The notes under the pieces: model-generated
What the model saw: the letters and a program-made list of their open reading frames with translations, nothing else
What the model was told of the DNA's origin: nothing
Database searches by the model: none
Position numbers and translations under genes: made by a program
NCBI GenBank assembly: GCA_029717555.1
Contig: JAMDHS010000003.1
Coordinates: 248,001 to 312,000, forward strand
Direction of reading: 5' to 3'
Source: Peribolospora baueri
Lineage: Eukaryota
Length of the DNA stretch: 64,000 bases
Shown here: in pieces, positions 8,794 through 22,741 of the stretch
How positions within the stretch are numbered: position 1 is the stretch's first letter
How the letters are laid out: every line of letters begins with the position of its first letter

Positions 8794-9653
8794 TCAAACT
8801 GGGAGAAGACAAACGAGACGGACACGCCCAAATGTCAGCCGACCTTGTGCGGAAGCACGCCTTCTCATCGCCCGCTCGCCACTCACTATCGTCGATATCG
8901 GCCTCCTCGAACTCGAAGTTGCACTCGTCGTCCTCCTGGGGGAACGTCTCCGTCTCGTTGATTTTCGCCGTCTCGGGCAGCTCTCCGTACTGCTTCAGGC
9001 TGCGCGCCTCCTCGGCAGTGTATTTTTGGATAACGTCCGCCTTCTCGTCCTGGAACTCACGCAAGGAGAGGAGGATAATGTCGCCCTGGTTGATCCACAC
9101 CTGAAGAGGCGGGTCGAAGAGGGAAAGAACGATGGGTCGGGCGGGAAAGCTATGTCAGCGCACGTCGGTCTCCCCGCGGAATGAAATGAGGCGATGACGC
9201 ACCTTCTTCCTCAGCTTTCCGCGGATGTGCGCCAGTCGCTTTTCGCCGTCGAAACACTGCGCCTCCAAGCGACCGTTTCCGAGCATTTTGACTACCTGAG
9301 CATACTCTGCAGACGGGGATAAAAGCAAGAGATTCAATGGCAGTGAAAACCAAGGGGACAAGGTGAGCGTGATGACGCACACGAGTAGCGTTAGGACGGC
9401 CGACATGCAGTGACGCACCCTGACCCTCCTCCTTGAAAACGAGCTCTCGCTTCTCGTTCTCGTTCTCGTTCTTTCCCCTTCTGCGGTTCTTACCGCCCTT
9501 TCCCTTATTCTAAAGAGGCGAGAGAAGGAATGAGAGTGGGAAGAGCAGTGAGAAGGTGAGAAGTGATCAGAAGAGGAAGATCCACCATCGCCGTCTGGTA
9601 GCTACCGCCGGCAAGCGAGATCGGCGTCGCCACAGACCACTCACCTTCGGCAT
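8794..9653 (-). CDS. TIF11: Translation initiation factor eIF1A, 5 exons
   Basis: Spliced protein reads [17 protein letters not shown]...[37 protein letters not shown]...EEADIDD|I*. Confidence 0.97.
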
Positions 9654-10215
9654 GGAGGCACTCCAACGTTCGGCTGGCGAGTCCTACTATGTGGCAACAG
9701 GTGTTTCCGGTAAAGGACGAGAAGATGTTGACCTATGGGTTCGGTGGCGGTTTGAGTGGGTGATGGTGATGGGGAGGGTGCGCGGCGAAAGACGACGACT
9801 CGATACTGCTTCTCCGGTCCGCGTGTGGAGCGCCGCAGCAGACAGCGCGGCGAGTTGCCCAGCCAGTCGACAAGTTAGGGTTATCCGCCGGTAACACGAC
9901 GGTGCGGCGACCGTCGTCACAACGCTGTCTTGCATTCCTTTGAGAGACAAAGTTGAGCCATGGGGCGTCCCGAATGATGCTACATGACAAGGTGGAACGT
10001 GCCAAGTGATCACACATCGTGCTCCTTTGAGGACGGGCTTGAGCCAAGTCAAGAGTTGCACGCGAAGCCGCAACCTGCTGCGGTAAGCTGGGACGTGGCT
10101 TCCAAGCTGGAAGGCGATGATCGAAGTTGCGCCAGTTGAGCTCGAGCGCACCACTTCGACGACGACGACAACGACAATCTCCGTATAGGCGAGGACTCGA
10201 CTCCCCTTGACCAAC

Positions 10216-10518
10216 ATGTATCAGCAATCTCCCCCGGGCGGTCAACCGGGCGGCGCCCAGTACTACTCTTCGCGGTCTCCTGTGAGTGGACGAAGCGAGC
10301 CAGCTGGGTAGCCCGCCCATCGCTCACATCGCCCTCCTCACCGTCCCTACAGCCCCCTCTCCAACACCCCATCCCCACGCACCCCCCGCTCCACGTTCCC
10401 GATCCGCCAGTGACGCCCACGCCTGGCACAAACCACTCCAACCCTTCCCTCTCCTCCCAGCAGCAGTCCCCGGCCGACTACCAGCGCTTCTCTTCGCCTC
10501 CCATTCAGCAGCAGCAGC

Positions 10519-10553
<35 letters not shown>

Positions 10554-12145
10554 CAACCGTACGCCGCGTTCAACCTCTCCAGCAGCCCCGAACGCCAGCA
10601 TGCTTCCTATGCCGGCTATGGAAACGTCCCAGCTAGCTCAAGTGGCCCGGCCGGCGTGCAACAGAGGGGCGCCTACCCGTCTGGCTCTATGACATCCGGC
10701 GCACCTCACCACCAACAGACCTCGGGCCAACAGCCGGGACCATGGGGCTTCGTCGGTATGGGCCCCGGTGGGTTTGCCTTGCCGCCCGGAATGGTCAACG
10801 ATGCGACGGCGCAGATGGGAGTGCAGTTTGGCAGGCACGCCATGGCTGCTGGGCAGGAGTATGTTGAGAAGAATGTAAGTGCTCGAGGAACAGGCAGTCT
10901 CGAGTCGGTGATCGTCCATGCATGACGTGGCATCATCGCTTCGAGCCACGAACGCCTCGCTCATTCGGTTTTCCTCTCAACTTCTCCTCGCAGTTCTCTT
11001 CTCTCCTTCCCATCCCCCTTCTAAAACATTACTTCAACGTCTCCAACTCCTACGTCTTCCACAAACTCCGTATCGTCCTCTTCCCTTGGCGCCATCGGCC
11101 CTGGTCCAGGGCTCTCAAGACGAGCCCCGTTGACGCCCAGTTTGGAGCGGGCGTCCAGCAGGCTGAGGTCGCCAGGGGTGGGGGCTTTAGGCCACCCAGG
11201 GATGATGTCAACAGTCCGGATTTGTACATTCCCGGTGAGGCTTCGTGTCGGCGAGAAAGGGACTGCCAGAGAGACAAGGACCACAAATTTATTCTAACCC
11301 TTCTCAACGCACCCTCCCCCCATGTCCAGTGATGGCATTCGTAACCTACATCCTCCTGACCTCGACGATCCACGGCCTGGAATCCCGCTTCCACCCAGAA
11401 GTGCTCGGCCTGACAGCGAGCAAGGCTCTTGCGGTCGTCATCGTCGAGTTCTGTGCCATCAAGCTTGGATGCTATTTGCTCAACATTCAAGGGGAGGGGA
11501 CGATGGTCGATCTGGTCGCCTATTCGGGGTACAAGTTTGTTGGGTGAGTGTGCGAAGGAGAGCAGGCAACTCGTGGTGGAGGGAGAAGGAGATGGTGACT
11601 AATGCGCGATCGACCGCACGCGTCCACCCGTGTCTGTTGCTCTCACATCAATAAAGCATCATCGTCACGCTCATTGGAGGCCTGTTGCGGTTCCGAGGGA
11701 CCATTTACTGGACCATCTTCCTCTACACTTTCTTTGCCAATGCCTTCTTCCTGGTGAGTGAGATGACGCCTTTCTGCTCCGGTCCTCCCCTCGCTCTGCT
11801 TTCAACTTGACCGCCGCACCGATGCAGGACGCGCTCATCGTTCGTTTCACTTCCTTGCCGGACGCCCTGCTCCGTCTATCTCGTTTCCCTCAGCTCCGCT
11901 CCCTCCGCTACGTCGTCCTACCGGACCCATCCTCAGCGACCTCCGTGACCATCACGCACGTGCAGCGCTCCCGCCGGATCCAGTTCCTCTTCTCCATCGC
12001 TGTTGCGCAGATTGCGTTCATGTGGATCCTCTGCCGAGGGCTGCGCCGGAACGCGAGCTCGGACCGCGTCGCCGGGGTGGGGCTGGGCACGGGAACGGGC
12101 GCGTCCATGGGGCAAGGTGGCATCGTGTTCGGACTGGGCGAGTGA
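10216..12145 (+). CDS. YIF1: YIF1/Hrf1 ER-Golgi transport membrane protein, about 6 exons
   Basis: LKHYFNVSNSYV..KLRIVLFPWRH, PPRDDVNSPDLYIP|VMAFVTYILL, DLVAYSGYKFVG, LRSLRYVVLP. Confidence 0.93.
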
Positions 12146-12662
12146 ACGGGGTGATACGCTGTGTGTGAAGTGGGAGCGGTGTAGATAGACGCGAGGACGT
12201 GATTTGGTCGCGACCTCATTTTTTTTTTCGTTCGGTTCGATGGTCAGTCGGAACGCTGTTCTGTTGTCGAGAAGGACGAAACACGATATACCGCTGGCGT
12301 AGTGCGCATGTCGAGGGCCCAGTGCAAGTGTCGTGAGGAGATGCGAGTGAGCGGGGTGAAGGGAGTCTTCTTGTTCTGTCCGACCAGAGAAAGGACGGCC
12401 GTCAAACGCTCGATCGCGCCGGCGGCGGAGGCGAGGCCGATCGGAGAAAGAAGGAGGTGAGGATCGGCCTAGCCTCCGCCGTCCTCACCTCCTCCTTCTT
12501 TCTTCCTCATCGTCCTCCTTTCCCGTGCGCAGCGTCAGCGTCCTCACAAATAGCCAGCCAGCCAGGCATCCATTCATCCGCCTCGCTCGGTGTCGCTGCC
12601 CAGCCACCACCTCGTAAGGTTCGCTCGCACACGCAAGGCCATCCCCCCCCTCGACGACCGAA

Positions 12663-13446
12663 ATGGCCCCTCCTCCTTCCTCCTCTACTTCAGGCTACCT
12701 AGACGACCATGCCGCCACCACCCCCTCTTCTTTATTCGCCCACCTGCATGCCAGACACGCCGCCGCCACATCCGCAGCCGCCGCCGCCGCCGTACAGCAA
12801 CCACAACCTCGACCTCGGTCTTGGCGAAGACAACAAGCAGACAAGGGCGATCGGGGAGCATCCTCGTCTGCCTCGTCTTCCTCCTCTGTCGCCGACGACG
12901 ACGACGAGGAGGAAGAGGAGGAGGAGGACGGTGCGAGTTATGGCTCGAACGACTCGGAGGAAGAAGAGAGGAGGGCGCAGGAGGAGTGGGAGGAGAGCGT
13001 GGAGCAGCTCCAGACGCTCGTCAGCGTCGTCCTGCTGCCGTTCCTGGGCAAGTGGTTGGGGAGGAGGTGGAGCCACTCGCGTGAGTTGGAGGGGGCCCAC
13101 TGTCTCGAGCTCGCTCCAGTTCCCGGCGCCCAGCCTGTCCTCTCCTCGTCTGACCTGGCCTGGTCCGACCTCGCCTGGGGCTGCGAGAATAGAGCTCGGG
13201 TCGGGCCAATGTCTCAGCGCGACGCCATCAGACGCTCACGCTGACCCTCCCTCTGCCCTTCTTTCTTCCTTCCTCCTTCCCTTTTTGTTTTTCTTTCTCG
13301 CAGTCTATGCTCGGTACCTCCGGCTAGGCGGCCTAAGCGTGGACTTTTTCTTCGGATGGATACCCTGGCTCTCCTCGGCCGGGCGTGGTGGCCATGGGAC
13401 GTTGGGGGAGGGACGAAGAAGGAGTTTGGAAGCGGTTGGGAAGTGA
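12663..13446 (+). CDS. MIM2: Mitochondrial import protein Mim2-like, 2 exons
   Basis: join(12663..13080,13304..13446). An acidic stretch is followed by AQEEWEESVEQL..VLLPFLGKWLGRRWSHSLYARY. Confidence 0.75.
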
Positions 13447-14882
13447 AGGGGAAGGACAAGAAAGGGACGAAGGGCAAGGCAAGGCGGGAGGAGAGGAGAG
13501 GAGAGGAGAGGAGGGGGGCGCGGTAGTCTGTCATTGTCAATGATCCCCCACGGAAAGCAATTGCACCATCGTCATCCATTTCCCCCCCCCTCGCGTAACG
13601 CTTCGCCGCCGCTCCCTTTGTTTCGTTCGCACATCTGTTCCCGCCGGCGGAAGACGGGGTGAGGAGCAGGAGCAGGGAAGGCGGATGCGACGCCACGGAC
13701 GGCCGAGCAGTGGAGCCGGGAGATGGAAAAGGAGGAGGTGGGGGTGTATAGATTGGGCTGGCCTCGGCGGTCGATGAACTATGCACGGCCTCTAAAGGTT
13801 GTGGTGGTAAAGGATGGACGGCGTGTGGGCACAGTTACATGCGGTACACACACACACAGTGGACATGAGACATGGATGATGAGACGGACGGAGGGACGAT
13901 ACGGAAGAGGAAGAGGAAGAGGAAGAGGAAGGATGGCAGCGACATGTTCGCCGAGCCCGGTCGACATGGTCCCCCGGCTTGGGCTGAACTGCTCGAGCAG
14001 GCTTTTTTGCGATGTCCAGATGATGGGTCGTGACCCAGCATATCCATGTACGGTTGTTGATGGTGCACTGCACGACGGTCTTGCCTTCGACCGACCGTTC
14101 ATCATCGGAGGACAACATCAACACGCGTCGCCGGTCCGCCATTTCTCGACCGAAACGAGCCCAAGGAGGAATACAAGGAGAGCGCCGACAACTGCGTCCC
14201 GAGTCTTCGACGGCACACTAAACTCCTCTTCCCCGTCTCTTGCTCTCACACTCCCGCGAGACGCACGAAATGAAAGAGAGCAGGAGAGGAAGAAAATACG
14301 TTCGCAGCATCTATAAAACAAGGATGAGAAAGAAGGAGGGTACGAAGAAAGGGAAAAGGATAAGGCGGGGCCAGGTCGGAAAAAGACGGTCGAACGAACA
14401 ATCGGTCGGAAGGCGAACGACGTAGAGAGAGAGAAAAAAAAAAGAAGTGAAAGCGAGGGAAGGGGGTGATGCTACGAAGCGTATGCTTTTGCGGCGCGAG
14501 CGAGGCGGTGGACACGACAAGGATGGAGGTGACAGACGTACTGAGCAATCAATCAATCAATCGGGAATGCTTTGCTCTCGAATTCCGAACCCGACTCAAC
14601 GTTGCTCCGTCCCCTCCCTCGCCCCGCACCGAGAGGCGTGTCGAACTGCGTGGTCACAGCCCCCGATGAGACCAGCATGAGGAAGGGGGAGCGGTCCGTT
14701 GAAGAGGGTGTGCTTTTTGGAATGGTAAAATGGAAAGGGCCCGAGGAGGTGGAAGCTGGACAGCGCGGCGACGGCATTCGTTGTAAGGACGTGGAGCGGA
14801 CGTGAGAAGGCTATGTATGGCACATGATCGACGTGACGGTGAATGTGACGGCGACGGTCAATGAGCGGAAGCTGGCATGTAA

Positions 14883-16773
14883 TCAGATGAGGTCCGCCAC
14901 GTTCGTAGGCATCTCCTCAATCTCTGCAGAAGGTGAAGAGAACGAACAGCTTGTCAGCAAAACATGTTGAACCCGTCTCTACCGCCGGCAGTCCAGTTGA
15001 GCAAGGGGTACGCACGAGTGGAATAGAATTGCTCAATGTCACGGAGCATGCGGACGTCCTCAGAGGTGACGAACTGGGATAAACAAGGTGAAATGGTCAG
15101 TTCTATGTCCACTCCCCCGAGAAAAGGGAGCACGGCAAGAGGCTTGCTTACGTTGATGGCAACACCCTTCCTGCCGAAACGACCGCCACGACCGATACGG
15201 TGGATGTAGTTTTCGCGGTTGGAGGGCAGGTCGTAGTTGATGACGAGCGAGACCTGCTGCACGTCGATACCGCGGGCGAGCAGGTCGGTGGTGATAAGCA
15301 CACGGGACGAGCCGGAACGGAACTCGCGCATGATGACCTCGCGCTGCGATTGCTCCATCTATGGGTTAAAAGAGTAGAAAGTCACGGGCGAGTCAACGAA
15401 CAGGTCCGAGTCCTGACCTTGCCAAGCACCATTCACTCACATCGCCGTGCATGGCAGAGACGGTGAACTCGCGGGCGTGAAGCTTCTCAGTGAGCCAGTC
15501 GACCTTTCTCCGGGTGTTGCAGAAGATGACGGCTTGGGTGATGGTGACCGTCTCGTAGAGGTCGGACAGCGTGTCGAGCTTCCACTCCTCCTTCTCGACA
15601 GCGATGTAGAATTGCTTGATACCCTCAAGGGTCAGCTCATCACGCTTGACGAGGATGCGAATGGGGTCGCGCATGAACTTCTTGGTGACCTCGAGGACGT
15701 CGAGCGGCATCGTGGCGGAGAGAAGAACGACCTGGGTGTCGTTGGGCAGAAGCTGGAAGACCTCGTAGATCTGGTCCTTGAACCCGCGCGAGAGCATCTC
15801 GTCGGCTTCGTCGAGACAGAACATCTTGAGATGGTCGGTGCGCAAGGCACGGCGGTTGATCATGTCGTAAACACGGCCGGGGGTACCGACGACGACGTGA
15901 ACGCCTTCCTGGAGCCTCTGCATGTCCTCGCGGACGTTGGTGCCGCCGACGCAGGCATGGCACTCAACCTTCATGTAGTCACCGAGGGCGATGACGACCT
16001 TCTGGATCTGCTGGGCGAGCTCACGGGTGGGAGCGAGGATGAGAGCCTGAGTGCCCTTGATCGACATGTCGAGCTTCTGGAGAATGGCGATCGAGAAGGT
16101 GGCCGTCTTGCCAGTGCCGGACTGCGCCTGCGCAATCACGTCGTGACCCTTCACGACGGGAACGATGGCGCGAGCCTGAATGGCGGAGGGACGCTCAAAA
16201 CTGAGAGGAAGGGATGGAAGAAGGATGAGTACGATGTCGTCAGTCCTCAAGTGCCCGTCCCGGGTCTTCTCCGCCGTTCTTCCAGAAAACCCTAAAGGGC
16301 GGAGTAAAATGCGGCGGAGGCCTCCCAGCAACCGCATGTGCGTAACAGACGAACACGCGACAGCTATCCCCGAGTTCGATTCCAGGACGCCCATCACCAT
16401 CGCCATCACACAAAGCACTCACCCGTAAGCGTAGACACCGCGGAGGAGGTCGGGCTTGAGGTCCATGTTGTCGAAGTTGTCAGTCACTTCGTCCCAGTTG
16501 GACTCAATCTCCGTCTCCTGGACGTCATTGAAGGCTTCATCGGGCCTGGGAGCAGCGGGCGCGACAGACGGATGGCGTGGAAAGACATGAGGGAAAAGCG
16601 AAACCAGGTCAGCAGGGTATCCTCATGGGCAAATATGCTCCACGCAAGGACCATATTCGTTCTATTCCTCCACCCTCCTTCCCAACCTGCCTCTTTTCCT
16701 TCCAGCTGGGCCCTCGACTGTCGGCCGGCGTCGCGTCGCCTCATAGAGTCCAACGAAACACTCACCTAGACAT
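14883..16773 (-). CDS. TIF1: DEAD-box RNA helicase eIF4A, 6 exons
   Basis: [58 protein letters not shown] and [11 protein letters not shown]. Confidence 0.98.
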
Positions 16774-17862
16774 GCTGGGCTAAAGGGTCTTTTATGTACT
16801 GCAAGTCGTCGAGCCGGCGTTAGCTTCGACAACTTGAGGATGAGAGCGTGGATGGGAAAGTTTTAGAGCGAGGTGGCGATGGCGAACAGCTGGAGCAGCT
16901 CGAAGGAAGAAGGAAGGGGGAACGAGATTTGCCGCACGCCGGAACCCTGACGGCGCCTCAGCCCCGAGGCGAGGGCAGGTGCGAAAAATCGCCAGCCGCA
17001 GCACAGCCGTGGGAATTTACTAGCAGCTTTTCTCTAGCACGCGTGCGCACGTTCGCTCGGCCGCGCAGCCGAGCGACGACCGATGGACCGGGACGGGACG
17101 GACAGAGATCTATCTGGCTGTCTGTCACTGTCACCACTCGTCGAGGCCAGGTCGAGTCCAGCGACGTCTTCTGTGTTCGAACTCCTGTTGCCTCCCCGGC
17201 GAGTTCCAATCCTGTTTCGCGCCGTTCTCCGTTAGCCAAGAGGGCGACGCATGCGAGCCAGTCTCCCAGACAAAGCCGGTCAAACGTACGCATACGTTTG
17301 TGCGGCAAGATCTCGGACGGCTCAAGCCGAGTCCTGGAAACATGTGATGTCAAGGCGGCAGAAAGGGTGAGATGGAGGCGGGGATTGGAAGGGATCCTCC
17401 TCGCAGACAGTTGTCGTTCATATCATTCGAGGACTCCTCGGTCTCAAGAGTGAGAAACGGTCCTGAGGGCGCTTCACGGAGTGACACGCTTTTCCGACGC
17501 CGATGCCAGAGCCACGGTGCGCGGCTCAGATGTTGATAGTCAGGCCCATCCGATAGCCACGCCCAACATGGGTATGAACGTGATTTGAAAACGTGATTTG
17601 AAGCAGATCGTTCTGGTGGAAAGGACGGAGGGGAGGACAGATTGTTGCGAACCATACGTGACCATCACACCGCCGATGATCGGGCGAAGGTTAGGGTTGT
17701 GCGCCCCATGAAAGAAAGAGGCCGGGTTCGACGTGTCTTGGTTTCCCACCTTGCACTGATAGACCTTCATCACCACCCTCCTTTCTCGCTTACCTTGGAC
17801 GACAGAGAGAAGGGCGGCTCGTCATAACACCGATCACAAACGCAGCTGCTGGCTCGGACTCG

Positions 17863-20676
17863 ATGGAAACGCCTTCGACGTCCCGTGGCGGAACGAGGGG
17901 AGCGAGGGGCCAGAGGGGGGCCAGAGGACGCGGGGGAGGAGCAAGCAGGGGTCGCGGAGGAGGGAGGAGGGGTGCTTTCAACGGCTCGCTTACCGACCCT
18001 TCTGCTCCTCCTCCGTCGTCGTCCCCGGCTCGCAATGGCGACGATGACGAGGCCAACGAACCCTCTGCCGTACCAAGTGCGCCGACAAAAACGGTCAACG
18101 GCCAAGAAGAGGCGGCTACAGAACCGCCACCCCCGGACGCGGACTTGTGCTTCATCTGTGCGGAACCGGTCACCCTCTACTCGGTAGGCGAGTGCAACCA
18201 CCGCACATGCCACGTGTGTGCCATCAGGTTGAGGGCGTTGTACAAGAACACGGTCTGCACGTTTTGCAAGGTGCGTTTCGCTCAAAGCCGTTTGCCCGGC
18301 AGGCCAAGTTCGTTACGGGCCTGTGCTGATGCGGAACGCTCTTGTCCCCGCCCGTATTTTCAGAATCCGATGAGTCGCGTCATTTTCACGCCCTCGCCCG
18401 ACAAGCTCTTCAGCGCCTTTCTCCCATCTGAGACGCCCTTCTCGGACCCAAAGCTGTCGATCAGCTTCGAGACGCGCGAGGCCATGGAGGACACGCTCAT
18501 TCTTCTTCGCTTCAACTGCCCCGATCCGAAGTGCGAGTTCGCCGCCGCAGGTTGGAGCGACCTTCGCCTGCACGCCAAGAGAGAGCATCAGCGATTGATT
18601 TGGTGAGTGGGAGCTGAGGACGACGGACTCCGGGAAGCGCAGGGCATGCACTGGTGCCCGAGCTCATTCAACTGCATGGTTCCGTCTATTCTACATTCAT
18701 CCCAATAGCGACCTCTGTGTACGCCACAAGAAGATCTTTGCCCACGAGCACACCCTTTACACCAACGCGTCGCTAAGCGCCCACGTCAAAGACGACCACC
18801 GTCTTTGCGAGTACTGCCGCGAGACGTATTACTCCGACGATGAGTTGTTCGAACATCTGCGCGACCGACACGAGCAGTGCCACATGTGCGTTCGAAACGG
18901 TACTGGGAGGTGGCAGTACTATCGAGACTACAACATGCTGGTGGGTATTTACGAAACGGTGGGCGCTGATCGAGGGCGTCCATTCACAGAGGACGATTGC
19001 ACCCCCGCAGGAGAAGCACTTCAAGAACGACCACTACTTGTGCCTGGCGCAGGATTGTCTCGACAAGAAGTTTGTTGTCTTTGAGGTGCGTCCAGCCTTT
19101 CTCACCGTCTGCGTACAGTTTCTCCTTTCCAGTGTGCGCCGCTTATCTGACGCCCAATGTTGTTTGTCGGACCTATTTTCTCTAGACGGAAATCGATTTC
19201 AAAGCCCACCAAGTCCAAGACCACGGCGCGGAGCTCTCCTCGTCGGCACGAAGAGATGCGATGCGAGTCGAGACGAACTTCAGTTATGCCGATCGCGAGC
19301 CCGGTCCTTCCTCTCGGCGGGGAGGGCGTGGAGGCCGAGCCGGAGGCAGGGGAGGAACACGCGGGGCGCCGCAAGATGAACCGCACGGACCTCAGTTTGT
19401 AACCGAGAATCCTGGCCCGTCGACGAGGGTCGTTCCTGGCGCTGCGCCCGGACAAGGGCAGGGAAGAAGAGCCCACTTTGGTGGCATGCTCACGAGTCCG
19501 AGCCCAAGCGGCGCGGTGACGCCGAGCGCTCAGGAGGAGCGATCCACGAGCACTACGACCGCGCAAGCGAACGGCGATGGTGGGGCCCAGAACGCCGCCG
19601 TCGAGTGAGTTGCGCATGTTTTCTTCATCCTTCTCTTGCGATCTTGAATTGACCTCGGCATCGGTCGATCTTTTTTCTTCTGTTTTCCCTCGACAATCGC
19701 TGGTAGACGTCACCAAGAGTACCTGGCACGAGTGAAGAGCGTGCTCAACGGCAGTGATTCGAAGCTGGCCTCGTTCCGTTCGGCCGTCAAAACATTTAGA
19801 GCGTCAGAGATGTCCGCTCGTGACCTCGTGCACACCATACACTCGCTCGTTGGCGATCTGGACGCCTCTGCAGGCGTCGTAAACGGTTTGGTGGACCTGT
19901 TCGAGGAGGAAGACAAAAAGACGGACGTCCTGGCAGCATGGAACGGTTTCAGGATCGAGCAGACTCAGTTCCCTTCCCTCGTCGCCGGCTCCGGTTACGC
20001 GGACGCCTCGCTGGGAAGCCGCCAGGTGCAGAACGTGAAGAGGAACACGAATGCCGGGGCGAGCGGCTCGGGGGGCAGGGTGTGGGCTAATGTCGAGAGG
20101 GCGGCAAGCGCGAGCGGCGGACACGGCGCCGGCGCTCCCACCGCTTTGAGACCATCCGTCAGCAGACAGCAGGCGTTCCCTGCTTTGTCCGCCTCGTCCG
20201 CCTCCACGGCTACTAGGGGCGTTGGCGGAAAAGTCGTGCCGGGCAGCACGGCTTGGTCGACTTCAGCCCGCAATCCTCCTACTTCGTCCTCATCCTCCTC
20301 GTCCTTCCAGTTTTCAGTGCCTGCGCCCGGGGGCACCACTTCCTCCTCTTCGTTCGCCCCCGCTTCGTCCTCTTCCTCCGCCGCTGCACGTGTAACCAGG
20401 CGAGGACCGCCGCCGCGGGCGACGGCATCCAACTTTCCCGCTCTACCTTCTTCCTCCACTCAGGCTGCGCTGAACGCAGAGCGCCGGGCCCTGCTCGGCC
20501 AGCCGAGCCGACCGAACCCGGTTAGCAGTTGGGGCCCCAGCCCCGCCGAGGCTAGCGGGCGGAGCAATGGCGGAGGGACGCCGACGGCGACGGAAGAGAC
20601 GGGGACGGGAGGGAGGAAGAAGGGGAAGAAGAAGCAGATCTTGTTCACGATGGGCGCCGTCGAAGGTTTGAGTTAG
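17863..20676 (+). CDS. HEL2: E3 ubiquitin ligase Hel2/ZNF598 (RING + C2H2 fingers), about 6 exons
   Basis: CFICAEPV..GECNHRTCHVCAIRLRALYKNTVCTFCK, C2H2 fingers, HFKNDHYLC..CLDKKFVVF and C-terminal GKKKQILF. Confidence 0.93.
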
Positions 20677-20936
20677 GCGTTGTAGTTGGTTATGTATGTA
20701 TACACCACTGCTAGATCGCCGTCAGCCTGGAAGGAGCATCTACCGAGCTTCTAGAGGGAAAAGGCAGTTTGCGCACATGACATCCTTCCACACGATGACA
20801 TGGGATGTGACCACCGGCGTCCCAAGTGGGTGCGGCCGCTTTGTACAACGTCATCGCTTTGGGGACGATGATACGAAAGCAGATGGACTGGCGGGTGACA
20901 AGCGTGTGGCTGGCATGGCGGCAGGGCCCTCCGCGT

Positions 20937-22500
20937 TCAGGTAGGCTCCATCTTGCCCATGTCCCACTCCCTCGTCCCTCCGCGCTTGGTGTAGCCTGTC
21001 ATGGTCATGAGATCGTCAGTCGCCTTTCTTGCGCTTTTTTCTGCCGAGACGGCCGAAGTGGAGGAGCCGGCAGATGAGGAGGGCCTTCGTCGCCGTCGTC
21101 GGGAATGCTTGGAGCTGTGATGCTTCCTGTCGTCAACTTCCTCTTCTTCCTTCCCATCACGACGCCTTCGCCGCTTCCTCCGACTGGCATGACCGCCATC
21201 AACTTCGTCGCTCGAATGACCGTCCCCGTTCCTCACCTCCCTTTTTCTCCTTCTCTCCTTCTTCTCCTCCTTCTCCTTCTCCTTTTCCCTCCTTCTCCTC
21301 TCTTTCTCCTCCCTCTTTCTCCTCTCCTTCTCCTCCTTCCTCTCCCTCAACGCCTCCAGCATCGCATCCCACTCCCCAAAATCCGTCACCCACCCCGTCT
21401 TGGGTTCCGTCTGAGGTTCGATGTCCAGTCGCGGATCGTAGGACTCGGAGAAGTACTTGTCCATCTTTGAGATCATCGGAGAGCGTGGGGTGGCAGTGAC
21501 GGAGGGAGATGGAGAGCAGAGGCGAGCGGGCGAGTCCGGTATTTGACTGTCGTCTCGCTCCCGCGGAGAAGGAGGCGTTGGTGAGCGTCGTCTTCCCGGA
21601 GACGTCCTTCTCGCTTTCCCTTTGTTTTCGACACTAGGCGAATGGGAACGATGAGGATACCCGGAGCGTCGCGGCGAATGTCGTCCATCGCGTCGATGTT
21701 GACCTCGCCCGTGTCGGTCATCATCATCCTCGCTTTCCCCACGTCGTCTCAACCGGTCAAGGTCCCTGTGCCGGTGACTCGACCTACTAGGACTACCTCT
21801 TCGGTCGTTCCCCCTCCTTCCATCATCTGCTCGTCCATCTCTCTCCCTCTCCCCCTTCCAATGCCTCATCTCTGTCCTCGCTGGCTCTCTCGACCTGGAA
21901 CGTGGCCGTCGACGAGGAGAACGAGGCGAGGGACCGACACCGCCAACAAGCGCCTCCTGCTGCCGAATCACTTCCCGGTTATGCTCGTCCACATTGCGGA
22001 TGATGGACGCGAGGAAACGCTTGTTCGTTCGGTGAACGGGTCTGTCCGTCCTGAACATCCCAAAGTAAATAAAAACGGGACTGTCAGCCGTCACGAAAAG
22101 AGAATGTTCCAAATTGCGCCAAGGCCAGATGTGCCTCAACCACGCACCCTTCCTCCTCCATCTCGCTCTGCCGAAACGCTCTCAAGCCGATCTCGCCATA
22201 CTTCTCCTGCCTCATCTTCGCCTCTTTCATAATCATATCCGCCACATGCCGGTCCAGATCCGCGTCCGAAATGGAAGCGTCCACGCCTGCCAACCCTGGG
22301 GAGCCCATGGATGCCCGGAGGAGAGAGGATACAACCGTCGAGAGGTCTTTGCCTCCCGCTTCCCTGTTGACACGAGACGCCGAGTTGGAGCTGACATTGG
22401 AGGAGGTCGCCCCGGCTCTTGTTCTGGTCGCAGCCGGCGTCGACGACCCAGATCGGAGCCGCTCCCCCGAGGAGCCGGACGGCACCGGCGGTGAGGGCAT
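20937..22500 (-). CDS. Conserved fungal Arg/Ser/Glu-rich nuclear protein (possibly splicing-related), 2 exons
   Basis: join(22500..22148,22050..20937) is in frame. Motifs: DLDRHVADMIMKEA, TNKRFLASIIRNVDEHN, SKMDKYFSESYDPRLD, YTKRGGTREWDMGK. Confidence 0.75.
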
Positions 22501-22741
22501 CTTGCCAAGGAGCGGTGAAAGGGGATGGTGGTAGTGACAAAACTTCGCACCACCAACCGACGCTTGTCGCAAGGGCCATCCAGTCCGTCTGACGGCAGCA
22601 CTCATCCTGTGATCGAGCCGGACGCCGCAGCCACAACCGAACGTCACGCCTCTGCCACAGCAGCTCCAGCTCTTTTTTCTCTCCAGGCGGCAATGAGATT
22701 TCTTTTTGTCGAGGTATCAAATGTGAAAGTATTGTTCGAAT

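Noticed and set aside
15447..16295. Long antisense ORFs (also 33536..34609, 45168..45755, 60194..60826)
   Set aside because: These are shadow ORFs opposite GC3-rich real genes and show no independent motifs.
16201..16765. Intronic snoRNAs in eIF4A introns (and in the long APT1 intron)
   Set aside because: No convincing box C/D or H/ACA arrangement seen by eye. An Rfam/Infernal scan would be decisive.
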